A DNA stretch of 37,947 nucleotides from Euglena gracilis. Lineage: Eukaryota. The notes beneath the pieces are model-generated. The model was not told the origin of the DNA. It did no database searches and worked only from the letters and a program-made list of their open reading frames with translations. Below are positions 1 to 10,361 of this stretch, piece after piece (within the stretch, counting starts at the first letter, position 1; each line of letters begins with the position of its first letter). The DNA is taken from assembly GCA_039621445.1 (NCBI GenBank), contig CP154954.1, forward strand, positions 9,770,641 through 9,808,587, written 5' to 3'. A program made the translations under genes and the position numbers.

Positions 1-66
1 GGGCTCCGCACTGCGAGATGGTGAGGTACTGTGCAGCCCCATTTGGGCCATAATATTTTGAATTTT

Positions 67-977
67 TTAAACGACACCGAGTCGTAAATATTGAGCTTGG
101 AAGGCCCCAAAAATTTTCCACTGACCAAATTGCTGGACTTCTTCCACTTGCAAAACAGCATTTTTCCACCATAAAACCCCAGCTCCTCTGGTGCTGAGGG
201 GTTTCCAGTGCGTGGTGTCCACCCCCCCCTCTTGCAGAATTTCTCTGGTAAGTGAATTCACTCTTTCTGCTGTCAAAGGTCTTTTTCCATCCAAAGACCA
301 TAACAAATTATTTTTGTGCCCAATCATGTGGGCTGTCCTTTCCACGTACTCTTTCAATAAATGCCAGGGGCTTATGAGGGGGGTGTGTGGCAAATCAAAA
401 CTTCCTCCCATCTGGGGAATTGCCATCCTTTCCTTTGCAGTGAGATGAAAATTTTTTCTCCACCGAAACTGGTTTTCCCCGGTGTCCTGGCTAAATCAAC
501 CCCCCTGTGGAGGGCCAACAGCCTCCACAGATGATGAGTCTGTTTCTGAGCTCTTTTACAGATAGGTCTGAGAGGGGTTTGGATTTCCTTATGATGTTTT
601 CTAAGAAATCAGTGGGGTCCCAAAAATGGGCATACTTGCAGACATTGAAATTCCATTTCCTTTTCAATGGAGACAAAAGAGGGGAAAACCCCAATGACCC
701 AAACCCTGGGAGTAATAAAGCTGCTGCATATGCATCTCGTGTTGAGGCTGTGAACAGCAAGATCAAGGATGGCCTCAGCCATCCTGTGGACTGTGCAGTC
801 CTGCAGGGGCACCCCTTTGTGCAACAAATGGCCCACCAATGTCATGAAGGCTGAGTCATATATTTTGACATTTCCTAATTTTTTTATGCAAGTGTCGATA
901 CTGGACAGCGAAACTTCCTGGGATTGTAATATTTGCCTGACACAATCGAGCAGGCCAAATTCCACCTTGGGGGGCAT
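67..977 (-). pseudogene. Tyrosine recombinase of DIRS copy A (frameshifted)
   Basis: ORF fragments 609-977, 491-766 and 67-426. The C-terminal LSTRGAGV...GQWK...FQAQYLRL matches the YR H-x-x-R...W...Y region, with the His replaced. Confidence 0.8.
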
Positions 978-2833
978 CTCCTCCCCCCAGCAGTTGGTGA
1001 ACAGACCCCACTGGGGGGGGTACCAGTAAAACCTTGCTGCCTGGCTGCCTGATTGACATTAATTGGCGCCACCAGGATGTCGAAGCCCAGTGGGGTACGA
1101 TCAACAGACAATGCAGGTCTGGGTTTACCATTAAGCGCTGAAACCACTGGGTAATGATGCTCCAGGGGGTGGTTTGGAAAAACCTGGGGGGAGGTCCTTC
1201 AAGTCTGCCCTTAAGGCGTCCACCAGCAAAGCCCCTTGGTGGGGTTATCGACAAACAAACTTGGGGAATTTTTTGTTGATGGGTGTGCAAAAATCCATGT
1301 ACATGTGTCCACATTTGGGGTGATGTCCTTTCTGAAAAATTGAAGAATTTTGTGAAAGATGTTTAGGTTTAGGGTATAATCCCATGGGTCCTTCTGCCAC
1401 CTGGCCAGGGAGTCTGCCAGTTGCTCCTTTGTGGGAAGGCAAACCACCTTCAAATTGATTTGCTTCTCTTGGCAATGATACAGCAGGTGTTTTAAGACAG
1501 AGTTTAGGTACGGCCTTTTTCTTCCCCACTTTGTTAAATACCTCACAGCCACCTGACTGTCGACATGAAGCACAATTGTTTGCTGAGGTTTGGCTGGTGC
1601 TTTACAGTTTCCACTGCCTGCAACTCTTTTTGGTTGATACGAAGGACATGCAGGTCCCTCCAAAAGTCCTGCACCTTTTGGCCTGAATCTTTGTCCAGCC
1701 CCCCCCATTGCCAGGTACTGCTGTCTGAAATGAGTTCCTGAGAAGCCTGGGATTGAAATGACCTGCTGACCACTGGCTGTAAAAATGTTAATTAACTTCC
1801 GAAATTTGATCTTTGACCCCCTGGGGAATGGTCAAGGTGTGGTCCCAACCCCACTTGGTGTGTAAATCCACCATTTTGCAAAGTTGATCTGTCAGAATTC
1901 TGAGAAATGCCATGGAGACTAAATAGCTTCTGACTTGCCCCACAATAGAGCTGAAGTTTCTGCAGCTCATTTTTTGTGCTGTGAGCTCCTTTCTTACGGA
2001 TTTTAATTTTTCCTGAGGAATTTCCAGCTGTCCTTTTTTCAAATTGATCCACTGGCCCAAATGCTTTATCTCCTGTGTGGGTTCCGGACAGGATTTGGGG
2101 AGGTTTGATCTGAAAACTGCCAGTAACAGGGCCTGTTTTATTTCTGCCAAATGCTGGGCTGCTGTCATTTTGCTGGGGGCTAACAGCAAAATGTCGTCTA
2201 GGTAGATGAAAACCACTTTTCCCTCCTTTCTCAATCTTCTCTCCCAGACTCTCATGAGAGTCGTTCAATTTTTGTGGCAGGCTGCTGATTACAAAGCATG
2301 CATCCTGAAACTGCCAAATTCCCCCCCCCCCACTTGCGTGGAAACATGTCTTTCCCGGCTGCCGTGCAGCTTTGGGTGAAAATTAGCATCTTTCAGATCG
2401 ATTTTTCCACAAAACCAGTCTTTTCTTAAATATGGGAAGAGGATTCCATTGTGTTCCAGTCTGAACTTCTGGGGGGTGAAGTGGAGATTTAACTGTCGAC
2501 AGTCCGAAATTAGCCTTTCCTTTGTCTTTTCCCCTCCTTTTTGGAAATGATGAAATAAAGGACAAAGTGTTTTGCCTCCTCTGGGGGGATTTTCCTGGTT
2601 ACCCCTGCACATTCGTAATCTCTCAGAATTTTCTGGGCAGTCATTATTTCTTGGGTGTTTTTGAAAGGAACTCTTAAGAACATCTGAGGAGGGAGGGGAA
2701 GATCCGACATAACCCCTTCCTTTATCAGGTTTAATACCTCTCTGCTGGCTCCTGCCTTGATCCAGTGCAGAATGTTGGCCTGCAGGGCCCTGTAAGGGGG
2801 CACCCCTGGGTGTAATGTGTCTGAGGATTCCAA
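856..2833 (-). pseudogene. RT / RNase H / DNA adenine methyltransferase-like pol ORF of DIRS copy A (frameshifted)
   Basis: Fragments RLISDCRQLN, KIDLKDA, YLDDILL, HLGQWIN, the RNase H motifs, then DYTL and PWSIITQW...LLIVPHW..TSWW, typical of the DIRS1 MT region. Confidence 0.85.
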
Positions 2834-3043
2834 GGCCCCATCACTGGGGTCCTTTCCCCTGGCTGCCCCATCACTTTGGTCACCTCTGGCCCTGCCATAG
2901 GGCTGCTCAAAGACAAGCTTTCTCCCTGTTTTTTGAAAGATTGGGGATGGTCTGTTTCTGCAGTGGGGAGGTACATATATGGCTGGGGGTGAGGGCTGAT
3001 TACCTTCTTGTTACCCTGTTGTAGCCAATCTTGGGCCTCCCCC

Positions 3044-3900
3044 TCAAAGGCTGATATGGTGATCTTGATTGAAGTGGCCTCCATTGGCCTTCAGGGCCAT
3101 CTGGCCTTCTTGGCCTCCATTGAACTTCTGTCCAAGACTTTTCTTGTGTCTTCTTTGTTCATCTTGGTTCCCCAGATGAGCCACCCTGGCTGAATTTCCC
3201 TGAGTGCTTTGATGCCAGTTGTCTTGGCTTTGGCTTTTTCCACTGGGGGGATTGATTTTGAGGGTGCTGGGGGGACACTTGGACATACCTTTCCCCGCTG
3301 GGGTCCCCTGCTGGGAATCTGGCTTCTGTGTCCTTTAAAATGGGCAACATGCCCTTTTGAATGATGGCTGCCATAGCCTTGGAGTTGGGCCCAGGTCCCT
3401 GTAGATAGATGGCCGCCGTGGCCATTTTGAGGATGGTCTCCACATTCCTGACTTGAACTCTTTGAATTTGTCGTACTTCCCCTGTCATAGGGGTGGGGAT
3501 GAAAAAAGCGATGGGCAGTCTGCCAGACCTTCCATCTCCTGACAATGTTTCCTTGATGGATGACTGTGATGGGTCCCCATGACCGGATGAGCCTTGCCCG
3601 TGATGGTTTCTCCGTCGCTTTGATCTGACAACAATTGTCCAGGGTCCATTGCCGTCACAAAAGGTTTGTTGAAAACGGGAAATTTCTGGTGAACTGGGGG
3701 GGTGGAAGGGTTGCGACGGCCACAGACGGACATATTGGTCCTGCTCCATCAGGTTCTCCAGCGCTTGCAGCTCCTCGGCGTTTTCCAGCTTCAGCTGTCT
3801 GACTTGAACTGCCTTGTGCTCCCACTTCCTCTTGACAGCCTGATATTTTTTCCAACACTTCTTTCATTGAAGTCCGTTGAACACGTGCTTGATTTTTGAA
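3044..3900 (-). pseudogene. gag-like ORF1 of DIRS copy A (decayed)
   Basis: Lies between the 5' ITR and pol. The ORF fragments are basic and Q/G-rich. Called by position only. Confidence 0.45.
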
Positions 3901-3977
3901 TGTCTTTTGTCTGTTGTATTGACAGCACGTATAGTTGAAAGTCTTTCTACTTGAGGTCGAAGGGCAGAATTAGGAAT

Positions 3978-4102
3978 CAGTCAACTCCGGCAACAAAAAA
4001 CAGAAGGAAGCACCCCCCGCACACACACAAACACACCAGAACAGAACAGCCGGCAAGGAAAGCAGGACCTCACCATCTCGCAGTGTGGAACCCGAATGGT
4101 CT
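3978..4102. repeat. 5' (left) terminal repeat of DIRS copy A
   Basis: Shares cag(t/c)caactccggc with the ITRs of copy B. Its outer part is complementary to the ICR at 1-27. Confidence 0.7.
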
Positions 4103-4139
4103 ACACCCTTGGTCTTTTTAGGCGGATGTTTTCTGGTAA

Positions 4140-4245
4140 TGTGTCAAAAATGACAGCCAGCAGTTTCAGCAAGTGATGGAGGATCGTCTCTTCCCGGTGC
4201 CGGACGGGGCTGCTGCTTACACCCAAAACAATTTGGTAATTTGGG
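4140..4245 (+). pseudogene. Ty3/gypsy-type reverse transcriptase fragment between DIRS A and B
   Basis: Translates KNDSQQFQQVMEDRLFPVPDGAAAYTQNNLV, which resembles the LTR-RT KNAxxxFQxxM...YxDDILV block with a degenerate YxDD. Confidence 0.5.
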
Positions 4246-4571
4246 AAATTTGGGATCGACAGCATTTGGCATTTTGGACGTCGAGTGGTTTGGGTTTCGC
4301 ATTCCCTCGATGCATACCGACAAGGGAAGAAGAGACACTGAGGGCGAAGCACAAAGACCTTGTGAGGCCATGCCTTGCTCGCCGGCGGTGTTGTGTGATT
4401 GTTCGCTGCGCTGGGTCAGGAGTCCCTGCTCAGTGCCGCCTCCCCGGAGTTGGCTGACGATGCTGCTCCGACTAGGCGACGTGACTTCTTGTCCCTTGGG
4501 GGGGGTTCCCCCCTTCTCCTCCCCCTGGCCCCCATTTTTTGAACGCAAATTTTCTTTTACGGGTGGGGTGT

Positions 4572-4680
4572 CGGGCTCATAAGGTCTTTGTTCATCGCCC
4601 TCGGTGTCCCTTCCTCCTTTGTCGGTTTTCCTCGAGGGAGTACGAGACACCTCGGGCTCCGCACTTTGCCCTTGTGAGGC
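4572..4680. repeat. Internal complementary region (ICR) of DIRS copy B
   Basis: Reads ...gagggagtacg|agacacctcgggctccgcac..., i.e. the element 3' end joined to the 5' start. The first part is the reverse complement of 4299-4370. Confidence 0.8.
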
Positions 4681-4697
4681 CTGACTGTGCACTGAAA

Positions 4698-5620
4698 TTA
4701 GGGGTTCCAGGGCTGTTTCCAGGGCGCTTGGGCACCAAGTCGTTGACAGTGGGCTGTAAAAGCCTCCATCCCCCTCCACTGGCCAATTTCACAAACTTCT
4801 TGGGAAGAAAAGCCCAATTTTTTGAGCAAAACAACTCCCCTCTGGTGGAATGTGCCCGCCCACACCTGGGGGGGTACCCCATTTTGGGATAAAAAACTTT
4901 TGGTTATTGATGCAATCGTGTCAGCACTTACGGCTTTGAAGGTTGGTTTTAGAGAAATCAGTAGGAGACCCCCATTCTTAACGTTAAATCGGGTTGCAGC
5001 CACGTAAGCCATCATTAAATGAAAGGGACTTATCTGTGGGCACTTTGGAAGTGAAACACCTCTATCTCTCATTTATGGAATTTCTTGCCTTTACGCTTAA
5101 TTGTAATGTAGGGCGCCTTTCCCAACACCCTGGTTGTTCGTTTGATTCTAACCAAATCAGAAGATGGATATAAACAGAGAATTCCGGAGCAGAGAATTCC
5201 GGCTGTATGTGCTTGTATCAGAGGGAAATGGGGCTTGGGCCAGCCACAGGAGGATTGGGAAGGGATCCCAAAAACTCCATAACCATATTTTTCCAGACTT
5301 TGATTGCAAAGCTTCTTGTAAGGGGCCAACATGGTGTGTAATCTCAAACCACAAAACCCAGGAATTAAAAAAGTAGCACTGTAGGCATTACGTGCCTGGG
5401 CCTTGGAAAACTGAAATAACTGTACTAGGGCGTCAGCCACTTGGTCAGTTGTGGCTTCAGGGGTGGGTATCCCCATTTAGTCCAAAATAACCCATAATAA
5501 TGAAAAGGAAATCTGATAACGATTTAAACTGGCGTTTCTCCCCAGGAAATCGTCAATGGATTTTTTCTGTATTTGTTTCCTCTCCAGTGTTTTCCTGAGC
5601 AAATCATCCAAAGGAGGGGC
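4698..5620 (-). pseudogene. Tyrosine recombinase of DIRS copy B (frameshifted)
   Basis: Fragments LCLYPSSDL, AHSTRG, EVCEIGQWRGMEAFTAH. Homologous to the YR of copies A and C. Confidence 0.8.
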
Positions 5621-7420
5621 TACCTGCTGGGTGAAATTTTCTCCCCCATGCAACTGTTGAGCATGCCCATGTAGGGGGTTATTTTCAGGTAGGGGGCTCC
5701 TGGAACTTTCATCTTTCTTAATTGGGGTCACCATGTGGCTGAATCCCAAAAGGGGGTGACCATCAAAACTTTGGTCTGTGGAAACATTCTCAATCGTGGC
5801 ATTCTCTGTCGTAAAGTCCTCCCATGTTGTCCAGGGAACATTTGAGGACATCCACTGCTCTAGCCTCCCAGTGGTGCCATCTGGCTACAAAATTGGGAAG
5901 TTTTTTTGTCGCCTGGGGAGGCAAATAAATCTGTTTCCAAATTCATGAAATCTTGGAAGTGCTGCCTTAGCCATTGAAAGATATGGGGTTCCAGTGAGTA
6001 ATCACCCCTGTCTGACTCCCACGTGCTTATGGAGTCTGCTAAGCATTCCTGAGAAGGAACCCATTTCACTTGTAGGTTTAATTTTTTTTCCATGCACCGT
6101 CTTTTGTCAGGTAATAATAAATTACCTGATTGTCCACTGAAAGGGACACCATTTCCCCTGGCCTGCTTAGACTTTTCACTGTGCTGATGGCTGCACGTAA
6201 TTCTTTTACATTGATATGTAAAATGGAGTTTTCTCTCCAAAACTCTTGGACAATTTCTCAAGTGTGAATGACAAGCCACCCCCCCCCCCCAGGCATGGGT
6301 GCTGCTGTCTGAGTGCAACTCCCTTGTTACACTTTGGGAGAAAGGTCAGACACCCCAGGTGGCCAGCATTTTTATTTCCCACATTTGGGCTTTTATGCCC
6401 TGTGAAATGGAATGCTTTGAGTTCCATGAGGCTGCAGACTTTTTGACCAAGAAATTTGTTAGGGAATCTTTGAAAGCCCTTAAAAAAGGTACGCCCATGA
6501 GGTTGCACCTGGTTTGGCCCAAAATTGCAGCTGACTGCCTTTTCGACATGAAATTTTTTGCACTATTTTTCCAAGCTATTTTTTTTAATTGTTTTCACTT
6601 TTTTTGGGGGGAATTTGCTATTTTCCATCTTGTAAATTTAACTGGAAGCCCAAATGGTTTACGACCTGTGTGGGCTGCAAGGTTGACTTTTTGACGTTTA
6701 TTTTGAACCCCGAGTCGATTAGGTCTCTGACAACCCTGTTCGAGTGTTTTTGTAATGTATTTTGAGTTGGGCAACCCATAAATATGTCCTTACATGTAAA
6801 TGAAAACCTGGATTACTTTTCTCCTCCAACTTTTTTCGAATGTCTTCATTACTGACATAAAAATTTGTGGCATCGATTTAGGCCAAAACAGCCTGCCTGG
6901 AATTCCCAGGTTTGCCACCCCCACCTGATGCATGAGAAAGGGTTTTAGGGTTGGGTTCACTGGATTTTGAAAATACGCGTCTTTCAGGTCGATTTTGGCC
7001 GCCCAGTGGCCTTTCTCCAAAACTGGGAAAATGTTTTGAATGTGATCTAATTTTAAGGCTTTCAGGGGAAAATTTTGGTTTATTTCCCTGCAGTAGCTGA
7101 TCAACCTCCATTTCGTTTGACCCCCTCTGATTTTGAGATCAGGAACCAGGGAATTAGATGTTGGGTTCCGGAATCCTGAACCATCTTGACGGTCCCAGTA
7201 TTTTTTTTCGTAATCCAGCAGTATTTTTTCTGCCTGTTTCAGGTCTAGGTTGGCTCTGGTTTTTGGATGCGTGGATAATTTGGTGGTTTGAACCAAGGGG
7301 GTTTAATTCCATCTTTTATAGGGTGGCAGGTTGCTGAGGGGGCATTTTTGAACCACTATTTTAGACTTTTTTGAAGTCTATGGTGCAGGGGGGTGTCCCT
7401 ACACTTATCCCACATGGAAT
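5600..7420 (-). pseudogene. RT / RNase H / MT-like pol ORF of DIRS copy B (frameshifted)
   Basis: ORF fragments 6790-7296, 6346-6549 and 5860-6318 carry RT, RNase H and DLFAS motifs. Confidence 0.85.
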
Positions 7421-8500
7421 TTATCTCTCCAATCAAATGATTTTCTGGGGGTTGGTTGGGGGTTGTGGGAGGTTTCACAACCCTTGGTACCCCTGGATTT
7501 TGACCTTTTCCAAGATGTAATGGACAGGGTGGGTGCATGCACTCACTCTCTCTCTCTCTCTCTCTCACAGACTCTCTGCTCCATCTTTTCCTTCGTGTTG
7601 TCTGATGACATACCGTAGGGGGGTCACTGAGGGTCCCCCCCTTGATTTCAACTTCCACGGGTAGAATTAAATGCTTTGGGTGGCTGACCCCCTCGTCCTC
7701 CTTTGCCCCTTCTGGGGCATCCTCCTGTGGCTGCTGGGGATGATTGATATAAGGTTGGCACCTTAGCTTCTGGGGGGCCATTTCTGGACTACCCCTTTGG
7801 CCCACATGTCCCTGTAAGTTCTGGCCGCCCTGGCCCTGAGGATAATGTCCTCCATGGCCCTGCACTGTTTGGCCTCCATGGCCGTGCTAATGAAAATGAT
7901 TCAAACGCTGGCCGTCTTAGCCATGATTTCCCCTCTCTCGGGCTGAGCTTGACGTTGTTCTCCAGCTCCACGTGAAATCTGGGGTGCCTGCTGTCCCCCC
8001 CCGCTTCCCCGTTGAGAGGGGTTGTTGTGTTAGAAAGATTGGGGGGGGATTTGGCAGTCCCTTTCTCCCTCTTCCTGAAGGGAATAGCTTTTAGAACAGG
8101 GCAACGTGGACTCCACCTTGGCCTTGATGCCATCTTCTCCACTTCTGTTCGAATTGTGTTCCAGCGGCTGGGCTCCATTTTGGAACAGGTCTTTGGAATC
8201 CTCTGGTCTGCTTTTGTCACCTCTTGCTTGATTGGGCCACAATTACCAGGCGCTTCTGCTAGGTTGTGTGTTCCTTCATCCTTCTGGTATTTTGGCCACT
8301 GTAGTCCACAGGCCGGTGCCGTCACTGGGTGGGGTTTTCTGCTGGTAAATTTCTGAAACTGGGTTCCGGGGGTGGAGGGGCGGCCACGGTTCGCCACATG
8401 TCGTCTGCTCCTCCAGGTCCTTCGGCTGCCGCGGCGACAGCTTCTGTAGGTAGTTCACGTCGACCTCAAAATTCCAGCTTCTTCCCCACTTAATTGTTCA
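7356..8500 (-). pseudogene. gag-like ORF1 of DIRS copy B (decayed)
   Basis: Lies upstream of pol and contains QG-rich repeats (QGHGG/QGQGG). Called by position. Confidence 0.4.
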
Positions 8501-9289
8501 TTGAAGTCAATTTGAAATTTTATAATTTAATTGTCAATTAAAATTAGTCTGGTTTGTCTACTTCTGAATATTCTTTTGATATTGACTTTCTCCTTTTGGT
8601 TCTCCTTCGTTTGAAACTCAGTTCCTTTATTCAGGGTTGTCGAAGGACAATTTAAGAATCAGCCAACTCCGGCGAAAAAGGCACTCAGCAGGGACTCCTA
8701 ATACAGCGCAGCGAACAATCACACAACACCGCCGAACAATCACACAACGAACAATCACACGCAGCGAACAATCACACAACAACACCCAAGACCTTTCTTC
8801 AAATGGTGCATGGAGCACAACATAAACCTGCAAGTAAAGTGGGTCCCTTCAAAGGAATGCCTGGCAGACCCCATAAGCGGGTGAGAAACGGACAGGGGGG
8901 ATTATTCCCTGGACCCCAACTTTTTCAATCGCTGAATTAAACTAAAATTGCATCACCCTAAAAACAGACCTTTTTACCTCACCAGGCAACAAAAAAACAG
9001 CCACAATTTGTGGCCAGGTGGCCCCACTGGGGAGCCACAGCAGTAGATGCATTACAATGTCCACTGGACAACGTGGGGGATCTTTATGCAAACCACCCCT
9101 GGTCTGTAATCCAAAAAAAATGTTTCCACGGGCCAAAGTTTTGATGGTCACCCCCAACTGGGATTCAGCCACATGGTGACCGCAGTTAATAAAAATGAAA
9201 GTACCAGGGACCCCCTGCCTGAAAATCACCCCCTACATGGGTATGTTCACCAATTGCAGGGGGCGTTTTACCCCAGGTTGCCCCTGCTT

Positions 9290-10210
9290 TGCATGATTTG
9301 CTCAGGAAAATTCTGGAGGGAAACAAATACAAAATTCAGCCATTAACGCTTTCCTGGGAAGAAACCCCAGTCAAAAGCGTTATCAAAGCGCTTTCACACT
9401 TTCATGGGTCGTTTTGGACAAAATGGGGGTATCCCCCCGGCAGCCACCACCGACCAAGTGGTTGACGCTTTAATTCAACTGTTCCAATCTTTAAAGGCCG
9501 GAGCACGCAATGCATACAGTGCTGTGCATTTGATCCCTGGCTTTGGTGGCCTTAGGTTCCATGCCATGTTGGCACCTTATAAAAGGCTTTGGAACCAAAA
9601 CCTGGAGAAATATGGTGCATTCTGGGATCCTCTCCCAATCCTCCTGGGGCTGGCACGGTCCCCCCTGCCCTCTGATATGTGTATATTGTGTACACAACTC
9701 TTTTTCTGTTCACGTATCCTCTGTTTATATCGTTCGTCTGATTTGGCACAGGTCCAAAGAACCACCAGCATGTTGGGGGGGGCACCCTACATCAAAATCA
9801 AACCTAAAGGTCAAAAATTCACACTTCGGAGAGAGTTGTCTCTGTTCCCCAGTGCCCCAAAATCAGTCCCTTTCATTTGATGATGTCTTATGTAGCAGCA
9901 ACACGTTGCTTTGTGAAACCTGGGGCCCCCCTTTTAATTATGTTAAAACCCCCTAAAAAGTCATTAAGGCAGATACCGTTGCCTCCATAACCAAAATTTT
10001 TTTGGCCCAGCATGGGGTACCACCCCAGGTGTGGGGACCCCACTCCACCAGAAGGGCTGGAGTTGGTTTGCTCAAAAACTTGGGCCTTTCTGCCAAAGAA
10101 GCTTGTGAAATTGGTCAGTCGAAGGGGGCGGAGGCCGTCGCAGCCCATTATCAAAGACTTGGTGCCCAAGGTGCTTTGGAGAATGTCCTGGCCCCCCTTT
10201 TTTCAGTGCA
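9290..10210 (+). pseudogene. Tyrosine recombinase of DIRS copy C
   Basis: ORFs 9404-9880 and 10002-10265 retain R (LYRSSD), HSTR and Y (AHYQRL) catalytic-type residues but are frameshifted. Confidence 0.82.
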
Positions 10211-10361
10211 TATCCCGTTTTTGGAGAAACTTGGGAATTCATCATCCATGAAACAATCGGTGTGAGCTTTGGCCAATCCATTGTTTTCATTTCCAATGTC
10301 AGCGCTCTCAAATTTTGCAAAAATGCTCGATTTGTTCGCTCACAAAGACCATTTGATTGCA
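10211..10361 (-). pseudogene. Ty3/gypsy-type DDE integrase fragment inserted in DIRS copy C
   Basis: QSNGLCERTNRAFLQNLR...DWPKLTPIVSWMMNSQVSPKTGY matches the rve C-terminal motif. It is absent at the equivalent site of copy B and is flanked by a tgca direct repeat. Confidence 0.75.

Larger units (their letters stand above)
1..4102 (-). mobile_element. DIRS1-like tyrosine-recombinase retrotransposon, copy A (decayed; 3' ITR lies beyond window start)
   Basis: Minus-strand order is gag-like, RT (KIDLKDANFH, FIYLDDILL), RNase H (ISDSST..WGG, INQKELQAV, VDSQVA, LADSLAR), MTase-like, then YR. Its 5' end (4067-4093) is the reverse complement of 1-27, just after the YR stop, as expected for an ICR. 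Confidence 0.9.
4299..8780 (-). mobile_element. DIRS1-like retrotransposon, copy B (near full length, decayed, outer 5' tip missing)
   Basis: ITR pair 4383-4457 / 8659-8734. ICR 4572-4645 is complementary to the right extension 4299-4370. Also RT (KIDLKDAYFQ, FIYM-DI), RNase H (HSDSSTHAWGG, ECLADSIS), MT-like (TDLFASPG.KK) and YR fragments. Confidence 0.9.

Noticed and set aside
67-977. Prophage or bacterial integrase interpretation of the tyrosine recombinases
   Set aside because: The YR is linked to RT-RNase H and ITR/ICR ends, which is the DIRS retrotransposon arrangement.
4144-4779. 211-aa minus-strand ORF across the DIRS B 3' end
   Set aside because: It spans the ICR/ITR and runs out of the element, and the equivalent region of copy C is not one open frame.
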